A stretch of 64,000 nt of DNA from Candidatus Spongiisociaceae bacterium (GTDB lineage Bacteria > Actinomycetota > Acidimicrobiia > Spongiisociales > Spongiisociaceae). Positions 1 through 9,962 of this stretch are shown here, piece by piece. Position 1 is the first letter of the stretch. Each line of letters begins with the position of its first letter. The translations under genes and the position numbers were made by a program. The notes below the pieces were generated by a model. It was not told the DNA's origin. It saw only the letters and a program-made list of their open reading frames with translations, and searched no databases. The DNA lies in the NCBI GenBank assembly GCA_965202675.1, contig OZ241842.1, forward strand, positions 2,001,962 to 2,065,961. Direction: 5' to 3'.

Positions 1-850
1 CCCTGGGATCTCCGTACAGGGTCAGGCCGGGGGCGCCGCGGCGGTGGATCCGGCGTTTGCCGCTCTCCGTCGCGGCGGTCACCCCGTGGTCGGCGGTGCC
101 CACCATCACCGCCCCGGACGGCAGGCGGGCGGCGATCCCCTCCCAGAGGAAGGCCGCCGCAGCCAGAGCTTCGGCGTACTCCGGGCTGTTCGTTCCATGC
201 ATGTGGGCGGCCATGTCCACCTCCGGGTAGTAGGCGAACACCAACCGCCCCGGCGCCCCGGCCAGCTCCGCCGCCGCCGTTATGAAATGGTCGAGGGCGG
301 CTGCCCCCTCGAAGCGGCAGCCCCGGTACAGGGCCTTGGTGAGGGGGGTGTCCGCATAGACGGCGGGTTGGACCGCAATCGGCTCCGCCCCCGCCGCCCG
401 CAGCCTCTCCCAGAGGTTGGGGCGGGGCAGGAAGCCCGCCGTGCGGCGGCCCATCTTCCGCCCGGCGGCGTCCACCCAGCGCAGGGAGTTCACCGGAACG
501 GGATGGCCGGACAGCAGGACGAAATGCCCGATCAGCCCGTGCCGGCCGGGGGTCAGGCCCGTGGCAACGGAGGCCAGGCTGACCGTGGTGGTAGTGGGGA
601 AGGGGGCGTCCAGCACCCCGCGCAGGCTGTCCGCAAGCCCCGCCGCCGCCGGATGGTCCAGCTGGTGGACGCCCAAGCCGTCGATCATGAACAATATATA
701 GGAGGGCGCCTCGGGGATCCGGTCGGCCAGGCGGTCGTGCAGCCCGGGGGATGGAGACGACCCGGCCAGCCGCCGTTCCAGCTCCGCCGCCAGGTTGACC
801 AGCGACCCGCCGGCGTAATCCGGCGCCCTCGGATCGGATATCCCGTTCAC
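1..850 (-). CDS. Alkaline-phosphatase-superfamily phosphodiesterase / nucleotide pyrophosphatase-like protein, 3'-truncated at window edge
   Basis: Minus-strand frame, open to the window edge and so absent from the ORF track, reads ...SYILFMIDGLGVHQL...PGRLVFAYYPEVDMAAHMHG...MVGTADHGVTA. The IDGLG and TADHG metal-ligand motifs are typical of the AP superfamily. Possible starts are GTG 850, TTG 694 or ATG 688. It lies antisense to the spurious plus ORF 44-1087. Confidence 0.55.
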   Translation of the reverse strand, partial: MNGISDPRAPDYAGGSLVNLAAELERRLAGSSPSPGLHDRLADRIPEAPSYILFMIDGLGVHQLDHPAAAGLADSLRGVLDAPFPTTTTVSLASVATGLTPGRHGLIGHFVLLSGHPVPVNSLRWVDAAGRKMGRRTAGFLPRPNLWERLRAAGAEPIAVQPAVYADTPLTKALYRGCRFEGAAALDHFITAAAELAGAPGRLVFAYYPEVDMAAHMHGTNSPEYAEALAAAAFLWEGIAARLPSGAVMVGTADHGVTAATESGKRRIHRRGAPGLTLYGDPR

Positions 851-1083
851 GCCCGCCTCACGCCCGGCACGGTAGCGGGGCGGAATTCATGGGGGTGGGC
901 GCGGCACCTATACTCCATCCCGATCCGGGCGGCCGGAGAAAGCGCACCGGCGGCGCCCCGAGGAGCGCCCCGGCCGATGCCCGGGCCCCGCCTGCGCCGC
1001 AAGGCGGGCAAGACGGCGGGAACAACCAGGAACGACCGGAGACAGACAGGCATGCAGCCGGACACACCCCAGGCGGAGCAACC

Positions 1084-1449
1084 GTGAGCGAATACTTCCA
1101 GGACTATCTCGCCGTAGCCGCTTTCTCCGCCTTCGGTCTTGTTCTGGTGGTTCTCACCCTGGGGATCACCTTCCTGGTGCGGCCCTCCAACCCCACCAAG
1201 GAGAAGACGACCACCTACGAGTGCGGCGTCGATCCGGTGGGCGAGGGCTGGAACCAGACCTTCGTGCGCTACTACATCTTCGGCCTGCTGTTCGTATTGT
1301 TCGACGTGGAGGCGGTTTTCATCTTCCCCTGGGCGGTGTCCGCCGAGTCCCTGGGCCTTCCCGGGGTGATCGCCGTGGTCATTTTCATCCTCACCCTGCT
1401 GGAAGGGCTGCTCTATGCGGTGCGCAAGGGGGTGCTCAAGTGGGAATGA
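1084..1449 (+). CDS. nuoA: NADH-quinone oxidoreductase subunit A
   Basis: GTG at residue 66 of ORF 889-1449 gives VSEYFQDYLAVAAFSAFGLVLVVLTLGITFLVRP...ECGVDP. This is the typical 3-TM NuoA, about 121 aa. A GGAG sits upstream. Confidence 0.85.
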   Translation: MSEYFQDYLAVAAFSAFGLVLVVLTLGITFLVRPSNPTKEKTTTYECGVDPVGEGWNQTFVRYYIFGLLFVLFDVEAVFIFPWAVSAESLGLPGVIAVVIFILTLLEGLLYAVRKGVLKWE

Positions 1450-1489
1450 GGGCGGTCGGACGGGGGCCGGATGAGCACCGGGTGAGACC

Positions 1490-1990
1490 GTGGGCGTAGT
1501 CGCCGAGCGCTTCGGCGGCCTCAAGCCGGTGTCGTGGCTGCTCAACTGGTCGCGCCGGTATTCCCTCTGGTTGTTCCAGTTCGGTCTGGCCTGCTGCGCC
1601 ATCGAGATGATGGCCGCCTCCGGTCCCCGCTACGACTTCATGCGGTTCGGCATCATCCCCCTCCCCGCTTCTCCGAGGCAGGCCGACCTGATGGTGGTGG
1701 CCGGGACCGTCACCGACAAGATGGCCCCCGCCGTCAAGCGCCTCTACGAACAGATGCCCGACCCCAAATACGTGATTTCCATGGGGTCCTGCTCCAACTG
1801 CGGCGGCCCCTACTGGGATTCCTACTCGGTAACCAAGGGCGTCGACCAGATCATCCCCGTGGATGTGTATGTGCCGGGATGCCCGCCCCGCCCCGAGGCG
1901 CTGATGGAGGGGGTGGTTCTTCTGCAGGAAAAGATCGGCCGCGAGGACGTGCGCGAGAAATGGAAGCAGCGTGACCGCCGGCCCGTCTGA
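1490..1990 (+). CDS. nuoB: NADH-quinone oxidoreductase subunit B
   Basis: [25 protein letters not shown]...[10 protein letters not shown]...VPGCPPRPE shows the N2 Fe-S cysteine motifs of NuoB/PSST. Confidence 0.9.
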   Translation: MGVVAERFGGLKPVSWLLNWSRRYSLWLFQFGLACCAIEMMAASGPRYDFMRFGIIPLPASPRQADLMVVAGTVTDKMAPAVKRLYEQMPDPKYVISMGSCSNCGGPYWDSYSVTKGVDQIIPVDVYVPGCPPRPEALMEGVVLLQEKIGREDVREKWKQRDRRPV

Positions 1991-2648
1991 CGCCGTTGCT
2001 CCGGACGCCGGCCCTGCGGAGGACGCCGGCCCTGCGGAGGACGCCGGCCCTGCGGAGGCCGTCGATCCTCTGGCCGAGCTGGCCGGGCAGGTGGCCGCGG
2101 CGGTGGGGGGCCGGGCCGAGATATCCCACGGGACCGCCAAGATAAGGGTGGACGCCTCGGCCTGGAAGGAGGCCGTCACCGCCGCCCGCGACCGCTTCGG
2201 CCTGGTGTTCCTTTCCTGGCTTTCGGCCATCGACTGGTTGAACGAGGCGGCAGTGGGCGATCCGCCCGATCCGCCGGTGGAGGAGCGCTTCGAGATGCTG
2301 TGCGCCGTCTCGGATCTCGACCGGGGGCGGCTGGTGCTCATATCCGCCGACATCGACCGGGCCGCCCCGTCCATCGACAGCCTCTGCGGGGTGTACCCCG
2401 GCGCCAACTGGCACGAGCGGGAGGCGGCGGAGATGTTCGGGATCGACTTCGCCGGCCATCCCGACCTCGACAAGCTGTACCTGCCCGACGGATTCGAGGG
2501 GCACCCGCTGCGCAAGAGCTACCCGCTGTTGAGCCGCGAGGTCAAGCCCTGGCCGGGCAAGGTAGACGTGGAAGAGATGCCCGAAGACGACCCCGGCCCC
2601 GCCGCCGGCAACGGCATGGGTCCCTCGACCGTGAATCCGGGGGCGTAG
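1971..2648 (+). CDS. nuoC: NADH-quinone oxidoreductase subunit C
   Basis: 30-kDa subunit motifs are present (DWLNE..., ERE..EMFGI.F.GHPDL..L). It overlaps nuoB by 20 nt. An in-frame 18-bp triple repeat encodes PAEDAG three times. Confidence 0.85.
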   Translation: MTAGPSDAVAPDAGPAEDAGPAEDAGPAEAVDPLAELAGQVAAAVGGRAEISHGTAKIRVDASAWKEAVTAARDRFGLVFLSWLSAIDWLNEAAVGDPPDPPVEERFEMLCAVSDLDRGRLVLISADIDRAAPSIDSLCGVYPGANWHEREAAEMFGIDFAGHPDLDKLYLPDGFEGHPLRKSYPLLSREVKPWPGKVDVEEMPEDDPGPAAGNGMGPSTVNPGA

Positions 2649-3832
2649 TGGACCGGACGCTGGCCCACCATCTGTCCGAGGCGGCCGTCTCGGTGGAGAT
2701 CGAAACCGAGGGCATGACCCTGAACATCGGCCCCCAGCACCCCTCCACCCACGGCGTCCTCCGCCTGGTGGCCACCATCGACGGGGAGCGGGCCACCGAC
2801 GTGCGCCCGGTCATCGGATACATGCATCGCGGGTACGAGAAGCTGGCCGAGGTGCGCACCTACCCCCAGATCACCACCATCGTCAACCGGATCGACTGGG
2901 TGTCGGGTTTTGCCAACGAGGTGCCCTTCATCGCGGCCGCCGAGCGCCTGATGGAGGTGGAAGCCCCGCCCCGCGCCCAGTGGATCAGGCTGGTGCTCAC
3001 CGAGATGGCCCGCATCTCCTCCCATCTGGTCTTCATGGCCTCCTACCCGCTGGAGCTGGGCGCCGCCACCCCCCTGTTCTTCGCCCTGCGGGAACGGGAG
3101 CGGGTGTTGGACCTGCTCGAATCGGTTACCGGCGGCCGCTTCCACCCCAACTTCAACCGGATCGGAGGGGTCAAGCCGGTCTACGGCGCCGGGCCGGTCA
3201 CCAAGAAGGCCGGCATGGACATTCCCGCCTCCTTCCTGGCCGAGACCCGCGACGCCATGGACAAGGTGGACGCCACCTGCGGCGAGATCGAGGATCTGGT
3301 GGCCGGCAACGAGGTGTTCCTCGCCCGCACCAAGGGGGTGGGGGTGATACCGGCGGAGGTGGGGGCTTCCTACGGGGTGTCGGGACCCAACCTGCGCGCC
3401 TCCGGCTGCGGCTTCGACCTGCGCAAGGTCTCCGACTACCTGCCCTACGAGGGGTTCGACTTCGACGTCCCCGTCGGGGAGAACGGCGACTGCTGGGACC
3501 GGTGGTGGGTGCGCCTCGAGGAGATACGCCAATCGACCCGCATCATCCGTCAGGCCGTCGAGGGGATACCGTCCGGCCCCCTCCAGGCCAAGGTTCCCCG
3601 CATCATCAAGGTTCCCGCCGGGGAAACCTACGTGCGCGCCGAGAACCCCAAGGGGGAGATGGGCTACCACCTGGTGTCCAACGGCGGCCTCGGCCCCTAC
3701 CGGCTGAAGATCCGCTCGGCCTCTTTCTCCAACCTGTCCATCCTTCCCTGGATACTGCAGGGCGCCCTGGTGCCCGACTTCATCGCCGTCATGGGGTCGC
3801 TCGACTTCGTGCTGGGGGACGTGGACCGATGA
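2648..3832 (+). CDS. nuoD: NADH-quinone oxidoreductase subunit D
   Basis: GTG at residue 117 of ORF 2300-3832 overlaps the nuoC stop (TAGTG). MTLNIGPQHPSTHGVLRL...RIDWVSGFANE...DFVLGDVDR is the 49-kDa subunit signature. Confidence 0.85.
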   Translation: MDRTLAHHLSEAAVSVEIETEGMTLNIGPQHPSTHGVLRLVATIDGERATDVRPVIGYMHRGYEKLAEVRTYPQITTIVNRIDWVSGFANEVPFIAAAERLMEVEAPPRAQWIRLVLTEMARISSHLVFMASYPLELGAATPLFFALRERERVLDLLESVTGGRFHPNFNRIGGVKPVYGAGPVTKKAGMDIPASFLAETRDAMDKVDATCGEIEDLVAGNEVFLARTKGVGVIPAEVGASYGVSGPNLRASGCGFDLRKVSDYLPYEGFDFDVPVGENGDCWDRWWVRLEEIRQSTRIIRQAVEGIPSGPLQAKVPRIIKVPAGETYVRAENPKGEMGYHLVSNGGLGPYRLKIRSASFSNLSILPWILQGALVPDFIAVMGSLDFVLGDVDR

Positions 3833-4851
3833 TCCTCGAAGCGGCGGTCGCGGGGCCGATGACGGCGGGGCTGGTGTTCTGGGCGGAGCTGGGCATCAAG
3901 ATGGCCGTGGCGGCGGCGGCGGTGCCCGCCATCGGGATGGTGATCGGCTACGCCGAGATGAAGCTGTCCGCCCACATGCAGAGCCGGGTGGGCCCCTACT
4001 TCGCGGGCGGCCGCTACGGATGGGCGCAGCTCATCGCCGACGGGGTCAAGTTCATCCAGAAAGAGGACATCATCCCCGCCGAGGCCGACCGGCCGGTCTT
4101 CAAGTGGGCGCCCGCCCTGGTCATGCTGGGGACGATGGCGCTCCTGGTGGTGATCCCCCTCCACCCCTCCCGCTACGGCATGGTGCGCGACCTCGACGTT
4201 GGCATCTTCTACGCCCTGGCCGTCTCCTCGGTGAGCACCATCGGCGTGCTGATGGCCGGATGGTCGTCGGCCAACAAGTACTCGATGATCGGCGGGCTGC
4301 GGGCGGCCGGGCAGCTGATCGCCTACGAGCTGCCGCTGGTGCTGGCCACCGTGGGGGTGGTTATCCAGGCCGGCACCATGTCGATGCAGGGGATCGTCCA
4401 GGCCCAGGTGGCGCAGGGCTGGCCGTTCCTGTTGACCCAGTTCGCGGGGCTGGCCATCTTCATGATTGCCGCCCTGGCCGAGCTGACCCGCCTCCCCTTC
4501 GACATGCCCATCGCCGAGTCGGAGCTGGTGATGGGGTATGTGACCGAATATTCGGGGTTCCGGTTCCTGTTCTTCTTCCTGGCCGAGTTCGCCAACATGT
4601 TCTCGATGTCGGCCATCGCCGTAACCCTCTTCCTGGGCGGATACGGCTTCTGGGGCATCCCGACCGACACCCTCCTCTCGCCGGTGATCGTGTTCGCCAA
4701 GGTGGGCGTACTGGTGTTCATAATGATCTGGCTGCGCTGGACGCTGCCCCGGTTCCGGGAGGACCAGCTCCAGACCCTGGCCTGGAAGTGGCTGATCCCG
4801 ATCTCGATCCTCAACATCATCGCCACGGCGGTGCTGAAGGTGGTGGTATAG
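3829..4851 (+). CDS. nuoH: NADH-quinone oxidoreductase subunit H
   Basis: ATG at residue 284 of ORF 2980-4851 overlaps the nuoD stop (ATGA). YAEMKLSAHMQSRVGPY...ADGVKFIQKED is the ND1/NuoH signature. It follows nuoD directly, with no nuoEFG between them. Confidence 0.9.
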   Translation: MILEAAVAGPMTAGLVFWAELGIKMAVAAAAVPAIGMVIGYAEMKLSAHMQSRVGPYFAGGRYGWAQLIADGVKFIQKEDIIPAEADRPVFKWAPALVMLGTMALLVVIPLHPSRYGMVRDLDVGIFYALAVSSVSTIGVLMAGWSSANKYSMIGGLRAAGQLIAYELPLVLATVGVVIQAGTMSMQGIVQAQVAQGWPFLLTQFAGLAIFMIAALAELTRLPFDMPIAESELVMGYVTEYSGFRFLFFFLAEFANMFSMSAIAVTLFLGGYGFWGIPTDTLLSPVIVFAKVGVLVFIMIWLRWTLPRFREDQLQTLAWKWLIPISILNIIATAVLKVVV

Positions 4852-5370
4852 ATGAAACTCTCCGGATTGCGCAGCCTGCGCCTCCCCAAGCTGGGGATGC
4901 TGTCGGGTCTGCGGGTTACCTTCACGACCATGCTCCGCACCTGGGCCTTCAACATGAGCGGGGGCAGGGCGGGGCTGCGGGCCACGGTCAACTACCCGGT
5001 TATCAAGGAGACGCCCGCGCCCAGGGCCCGGGGCGTCATCGCCCTCGAACAGGAAGCCTGCACGGTGTGCATGCTGTGCGCCCGCTCCTGCCCCGATTGG
5101 TGCATATACATAGAAGGCCACAAGGAGATGAAGCCCCCGTCCCGGCCCGGCGGCCGGCCCAGGGCGCGGGCGGTGCTCGACCGTTTCGACATCGACTACG
5201 CGCTGTGCATGTACTGCGGCATCTGCGTGGAGGTCTGCCCCTTCGACGCGCTGTTCTGGACTCCCGAATACGAGTACTCGGAATACGAGATGGGGCCGAT
5301 GATGCACGACATGGACCGGCTCCAGGACTGGATGAAGACCGTTCCCGAAGGCCTGGGGGCGCAGTCGTGA
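4852..5370 (+). CDS. nuoI: NADH-quinone oxidoreductase subunit I (2x[4Fe-4S])
   Basis: Two CxxCxxCxxxCP ferredoxin motifs are present (CTVCMLCARSCP and CMYCGICVEVCP). The start abuts the nuoH stop. Confidence 0.9.
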   Translation: MKLSGLRSLRLPKLGMLSGLRVTFTTMLRTWAFNMSGGRAGLRATVNYPVIKETPAPRARGVIALEQEACTVCMLCARSCPDWCIYIEGHKEMKPPSRPGGRPRARAVLDRFDIDYALCMYCGICVEVCPFDALFWTPEYEYSEYEMGPMMHDMDRLQDWMKTVPEGLGAQS

Positions 5371-5407
5371 AGGCCGGCAGCGCAGCAAAAAACGGAGGAC
5401 GCCCGGA

Positions 5408-5974
5408 ATGACCTTCTCCGACTGGCTGGCGGAGCCCGTCAACTGGGCCTTCCTGGCCCTGGCGGTCCCCATGACGCTGGCGGCCCTGCGGGTGGTGACC
5501 AGCCGCAACGTGGTGCATTCCGCCCTGTTCCTTGTGCTGACCCTGGCCGCCTCCGCCGGGCTGTTCATCCTGCTGTCCGCCGAGTTCGTAGCCTGGGTGC
5601 TGGTGCTGGTCTACATCGGGGCGGTGGTCGTGCTGTTCCTGTTCGGCATCATGATCACCAGGGCGCCCATCGGCCGGGAGTCCGACCTCAGCCACGCCCG
5701 GCGGTGGCCGGCCGCGTTGGCCTCCCTGGCCGTCCTGGCCCTGACGCTGCGGCTGGTCCTGGCGGTCTCCGGCCAGGTGGAGGGATTCGGCGGTCCGCTC
5801 CCGGCGGTGGGGGCGGCCACCCCGTCGGGCGTCCTGGGGGAGGGTTTCATCAGGAAATACCTGATCCCCTTCGAGGCGGTGGGGTTCGTCCTGCTGGCCG
5901 CCCTGATCGGCGGCATCACCCTGGCGCGCAAGGACCTCACCCCCGCCGAGGAGGAAGAAGGGGGGCGGGTGTGA
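5408..5974 (+). CDS. nuoJ: NADH-quinone oxidoreductase subunit J
   Basis: It is a hydrophobic ND6-like protein sitting in the J position of the operon. Confidence 0.85.
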   Translation: MTFSDWLAEPVNWAFLALAVPMTLAALRVVTSRNVVHSALFLVLTLAASAGLFILLSAEFVAWVLVLVYIGAVVVLFLFGIMITRAPIGRESDLSHARRWPAALASLAVLALTLRLVLAVSGQVEGFGGPLPAVGAATPSGVLGEGFIRKYLIPFEAVGFVLLAALIGGITLARKDLTPAEEEEGGRV

Positions 5975-6276
5975 TCCTCACCCAGTTCCTGGTGCTGGGG
6001 GCGGTGCTGTTCTCCCTGGGCGTCTACGGCCTGCTTTCCCGCCGCAACGCGGTGGCCGTCCTGTTGGCGGTGGAGCTGATGCTGGCCGCGGTCAACATCA
6101 ACCTGGTGGCCTTCGAGGCGTTCTGGAACACCGCCGCCGCCCACGGCCAGATCTTCGCCATCTTCGTCATCACCATCGCCGCCGCCGAGGTGGGCATCGG
6201 CCTGGCCATCATCCTGCTGGTGTTCCGCAACCGGGCGTCGGGCAACGTGGACGAGCTGGACCTGATGAAATGGTGA
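5971..6276 (+). CDS. nuoK: NADH-quinone oxidoreductase subunit K
   Basis: GTG at residue 90 of ORF 5704-6276 overlaps the nuoJ stop (GTGTGA). VILTQFLVLGAVLFSLGVYGLLSRRNAV...LMLAAVNINLVAF is the ND4L signature. Confidence 0.85.
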   Translation: MILTQFLVLGAVLFSLGVYGLLSRRNAVAVLLAVELMLAAVNINLVAFEAFWNTAAAHGQIFAIFVITIAAAEVGIGLAIILLVFRNRASGNVDELDLMKW

Positions 6277-6280
6277 CGCC

Positions 6281-8341
6281 GTGGTGACGCCGTCCGCCGC
6301 CGCTCCTTTGGTCCTGGCCGCCGGGGAGGAAGGCGCCCTCCAGCTGTCGGAGGGGGGGTTCTTCGCCGCCGGCGCCTGGATCCTGCTGGTGCTTCCCTTC
6401 GCCGCCTTCATCGGCATCGTGCTGGCCGGCAAGCGCCTCCCGAAGCAGGGAGCCGAGCTGGCGGTGGGGGCGATGGCGGTCAACCTGCTGTGGTCCTCGG
6501 TGCTGTTCGTCCAGAACATGCTGGAGGGCATCCACCGGGAGGGGGCCTTCACCATCGCCCGCATCGGGCAACTGGGCGGCGCCGACCTGACCTTCGAGCT
6601 GGGCTTCGTGGCGGACGGGCTGTCGATCATGATGTACTGGTTGGTGTCCTTCGTGGGCTTCCTGGTGTTCGTATACGCGGTGGGCTACATGGAGGGGGAC
6701 GTGCGGGTGCCGTGGTTCTTCGCTTCCCTGTCCCTGTTCGCCGGGTCGATGCTGGTGCTGGTGGGGGCGCCCAACCTGATCCAGCTGATAATCGGCTGGG
6801 AGGGGGTGGGCCTGGCCAGCTACCTGCTGATCGGCCACTACTGGGAGCAGAAAGAGAACAGCGACGCCGCCGTCAAGGCCTTCCTGACCAACAAGGTGGC
6901 CGACGTGGGCCTGATCCTGGGCGCCATCCTGCTGGGGGTGTCGCTGGGCGGGTTCCGGTTCTCCGATCTGGCCAGGGCGGCGGTCGAGCACAGCGAGGCG
7001 CTGGGGGCGGTTGCGCTGGCCGGGGGGCTGCTGCTGTTCTTCGGGGCGATGGGCAAGTCGGCCCAGTTCCCCCTGCACGTGTGGCTGCCGGACGCCATGG
7101 CCGGCCCCACCCCCGTCTCGGCCCTGATGCACGCCGCCACCATGGTCACCGCCGGCGTCTACCTGATGGCGCGCACCTTCCCCCTCTACCAGAACATGGC
7201 CGCCGGCGCCCGCCAGTGGATGATCCCCGTCGCGGTCATCACCCTGTTCGTGCTGGGGTTCCTGGCGCTGACCTCCGACGACCTCAAGCGGGTGCTGGCC
7301 TACTCGACCGTCTCCCAGCTGGGCTACATGATGGCGGCGGCGGCGGCGGGCGGTTACACGGCGGGGCTGTTCCACCTGTTCACCCACGCCTTCTTCAAGG
7401 CCCTGCTGTTCCTCGGCGCCGGGTCGGTCATCCACGCCGTCCATTCCAACAACATGAGCGACATGGGGGGCCTGCGGCGCAAGATGCCGGTTACCTTCTG
7501 GACGTTTGTGGTCGGCTCGCTGGCGCTGGCCGGGGTGATCCCGTTGGCCGGCTTCTGGTCGAAGGACGAGATCCTGGCCACCCTCAGCCACGAGGGCTAT
7601 ACGGCCTTCATGTGGGCGGCGGTGGCCGGGGCGTTCGTCACCGCCTTCTACATGACCCGGGCGGTGGCGCTGACCTTCTTCGGAACCTACAAGGGTCACG
7701 GCCATCCCCGCGAGTCGCCCCCGGTGATGACGGCGCCCCTGGTGGTGCTGGCGGTCCCCAGCGCGCTGGCCGGTTTGTTGAACATTCCGGGCGTGAAGTG
7801 GGGCCCCGTCGGCAACTTCACCGAATGGGTGGGGGCGCGGGCGGTGGCGATGGGGGATTACCACCCGTCGAGCATCGAGTGGGATCTGGCCGCCTACGGG
7901 CTGGCTGCGGCGGCGGCCGGCATCGTCCTGGGCTGGTTGATCTTCTCGCCGGAGGCCGAGACGCAGGCCGCCCGCGACCGCTTGGAGATCCCGGTGCTGT
8001 ATCCGCTCCTGCGCCGCAAGTACTACATCGACGACCTGTACATGCGCGGGGTGGTCGGGCCTATCAAGGGACCCCTGGCCCGGGGGGTGGACTGGGTGAA
8101 CGGCCATGTGATCGACGCGGCGGTCAACGGGGCGGGGTTCTTGACCGCCTGGCTGGGCGGCCTGGTCTACGGACGCCTCGACCAGCAGGGCATCGACCTG
8201 ATGTTCAACGCGGCGGCGGGCGGCGTCGGAGGGGCGGGCGGACGGCTCCGGTTCCTGCAGAGCGGCAGGGTGCAGCAGTATGCGGGCGGGTTCGTGCTGG
8301 GGGTGCTGGTGCTGGCCGCCGTGTTCGCGGTCGTCACCTAG
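6281..8341 (+). CDS. nuoL: NADH-quinone oxidoreductase subunit L
   Basis: This 686-aa antiporter-like subunit carries GWEGVGLASYLLIGHYW, which is the ND5 signature. Confidence 0.9.
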   Translation: MVTPSAAAPLVLAAGEEGALQLSEGGFFAAGAWILLVLPFAAFIGIVLAGKRLPKQGAELAVGAMAVNLLWSSVLFVQNMLEGIHREGAFTIARIGQLGGADLTFELGFVADGLSIMMYWLVSFVGFLVFVYAVGYMEGDVRVPWFFASLSLFAGSMLVLVGAPNLIQLIIGWEGVGLASYLLIGHYWEQKENSDAAVKAFLTNKVADVGLILGAILLGVSLGGFRFSDLARAAVEHSEALGAVALAGGLLLFFGAMGKSAQFPLHVWLPDAMAGPTPVSALMHAATMVTAGVYLMARTFPLYQNMAAGARQWMIPVAVITLFVLGFLALTSDDLKRVLAYSTVSQLGYMMAAAAAGGYTAGLFHLFTHAFFKALLFLGAGSVIHAVHSNNMSDMGGLRRKMPVTFWTFVVGSLALAGVIPLAGFWSKDEILATLSHEGYTAFMWAAVAGAFVTAFYMTRAVALTFFGTYKGHGHPRESPPVMTAPLVVLAVPSALAGLLNIPGVKWGPVGNFTEWVGARAVAMGDYHPSSIEWDLAAYGLAAAAAGIVLGWLIFSPEAETQAARDRLEIPVLYPLLRRKYYIDDLYMRGVVGPIKGPLARGVDWVNGHVIDAAVNGAGFLTAWLGGLVYGRLDQQGIDLMFNAAAGGVGGAGGRLRFLQSGRVQQYAGGFVLGVLVLAAVFAVVT

Positions 8342-8369
8342 GTAACGCAAGGCTGGAAACAGGAGACAG

Positions 8370-9959
8370 ATGATGGAGTTCTTCGACAGCGGATGGGGGC
8401 TGAGCCTCATCGTGTTCCTGCCGGCGGTCGGAGCGGCGGCCCTGTTCGCCGTTCCGAAAGCCAACGAGGCGGCCCAGAAGTGGACCGCCCTGGCGGTAAC
8501 CGCCGCCGTTGCCCTGCTGGCCGCGGCCGCGGCCGCCGCCTTCGACTACGGAGCGGCCGAGCGGTTCCAGTTCGAGGTGACGGCCAGCTGGATACCGGCC
8601 ATCGGCGCCAACTACCACATCGGGGTGGACGGCATCAGCCTCCCCCTGCTGGTGCTGTCGGCGGCGGTAACCCTCCTGGCGGTGGTCTACTCGTGGGATC
8701 ACTGGGACGAGCCCCGCAACGTCAGGGGGTTCCTGGCGCTGATACTGCTCCTGGCAACCGGCATGAACGGGACGTTCGTTGCGCTCGACCTGGTGCTGTT
8801 CTTCATCTTCTTCGAGCTGGTGCTCCTCCCGATGTACTTCATGATCGGCATCTGGGGCGACGGCGCCCGCCGGCGCATCCCGGTGCTGGGCCGGACCGTG
8901 ACCATGCGGCTCTACGCGGCCATCAAGTTCTTCCTGTTCACCCTGTTCGGTTCGGCCTTCATGCTGCTGGGCTTCCTGGCCCTCTACTTCCGGTCGGGCG
9001 ACTTCCTGGGCGCCAACACCTTCGACATCCCGGCCCTGGTTTCCCTGGGCGCCGAGAACGCCTTCGGGAGCGGGACCTTCGCCTTCCTGGTGTTCGGGGC
9101 CATGTTCCTGGGGTTCGCGGTGAAGGTTCCCATGTGGCCGTTCCATACCTGGCTGCCGGACGCCCACACCGCCGCCCCCACGGTGGGTTCGGTGCTGCTG
9201 GCCGCCATCCTGCTGAAGCTGGGTTCCTACGCCTTCCTCCGTATTTCCATCCCCATCCTTCCCGACATGGCCAGGCAGTGGGCGCCGTTCATCGGCCTGT
9301 TGGCGGTGATCGGGATCATCTACGGCTCGCTGGCCTGCCTGGCGCAGACCGACGTGAAGCGGCTCATCGCCTTCTCGTCGGTGGGGCACATGGGTTTCGT
9401 GATGCTGGGGATCGCCACCATGACCGACGTGGGCTTCAACGCTTCCCTGATCGGGATGGTGGCCCACGGGCTGATCACCGGGCTGCTGTTCTTCCTGGCC
9501 GGGTCGATGCATCACCGCTACCACACCCGCGAGATCGCCCGCCTGGGGGGCAACCAGAAGCTGATGCCCTGGATGGGCGGCATATTCGCCTTCACCGCCA
9601 TGGCGTCGCTGGGCCTGCCCGGACTGGCCGGGTTCTGGGGCGAGTTCATGTCGCTGGTGGGGGCCTACCGTCCGCTGGCCGGCCTCAGCCTCACCCAGTT
9701 CCAGACCTACATGGTGATCGGAGCCGTCGGCACGGTCCTGACGGCCGGGTACATGCTGTGGATGCTGCAGCGGGTCAACCTGGGCGAACCCAAGGAGGAA
9801 TGGGCCGGGCGCGAGTTCGCCGATGTGGGGCGTTATGAATGGCTGGCCTGGGCGCCGCTGATCATTGCCATTGTGGCCATCGGCGTGTATCCGAGGATCG
9901 TGCTGGGGGCCACCACCGATGCGGTCGTCAACCTGGCGCGCACCGCCTTCGGAGGCTGA
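8370..9959 (+). CDS. nuoM: NADH-quinone oxidoreductase subunit M
   Basis: This 529-aa ND4-like antiporter subunit carries MWPFHTWLPDAHTAAPT. Confidence 0.9.
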   Translation: MMEFFDSGWGLSLIVFLPAVGAAALFAVPKANEAAQKWTALAVTAAVALLAAAAAAAFDYGAAERFQFEVTASWIPAIGANYHIGVDGISLPLLVLSAAVTLLAVVYSWDHWDEPRNVRGFLALILLLATGMNGTFVALDLVLFFIFFELVLLPMYFMIGIWGDGARRRIPVLGRTVTMRLYAAIKFFLFTLFGSAFMLLGFLALYFRSGDFLGANTFDIPALVSLGAENAFGSGTFAFLVFGAMFLGFAVKVPMWPFHTWLPDAHTAAPTVGSVLLAAILLKLGSYAFLRISIPILPDMARQWAPFIGLLAVIGIIYGSLACLAQTDVKRLIAFSSVGHMGFVMLGIATMTDVGFNASLIGMVAHGLITGLLFFLAGSMHHRYHTREIARLGGNQKLMPWMGGIFAFTAMASLGLPGLAGFWGEFMSLVGAYRPLAGLSLTQFQTYMVIGAVGTVLTAGYMLWMLQRVNLGEPKEEWAGREFADVGRYEWLAWAPLIIAIVAIGVYPRIVLGATTDAVVNLARTAFGG

Positions 9960-9962
9960 TCC

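Noticed and set aside
44-1087. 347-aa plus-strand ORF upstream of nuoA
   Set aside because: It is Arg/Gly/Pro-rich with no motifs. It lies exactly antisense to a well-formed AP-superfamily coding frame on the minus strand, so it is a typical high-GC shadow ORF.
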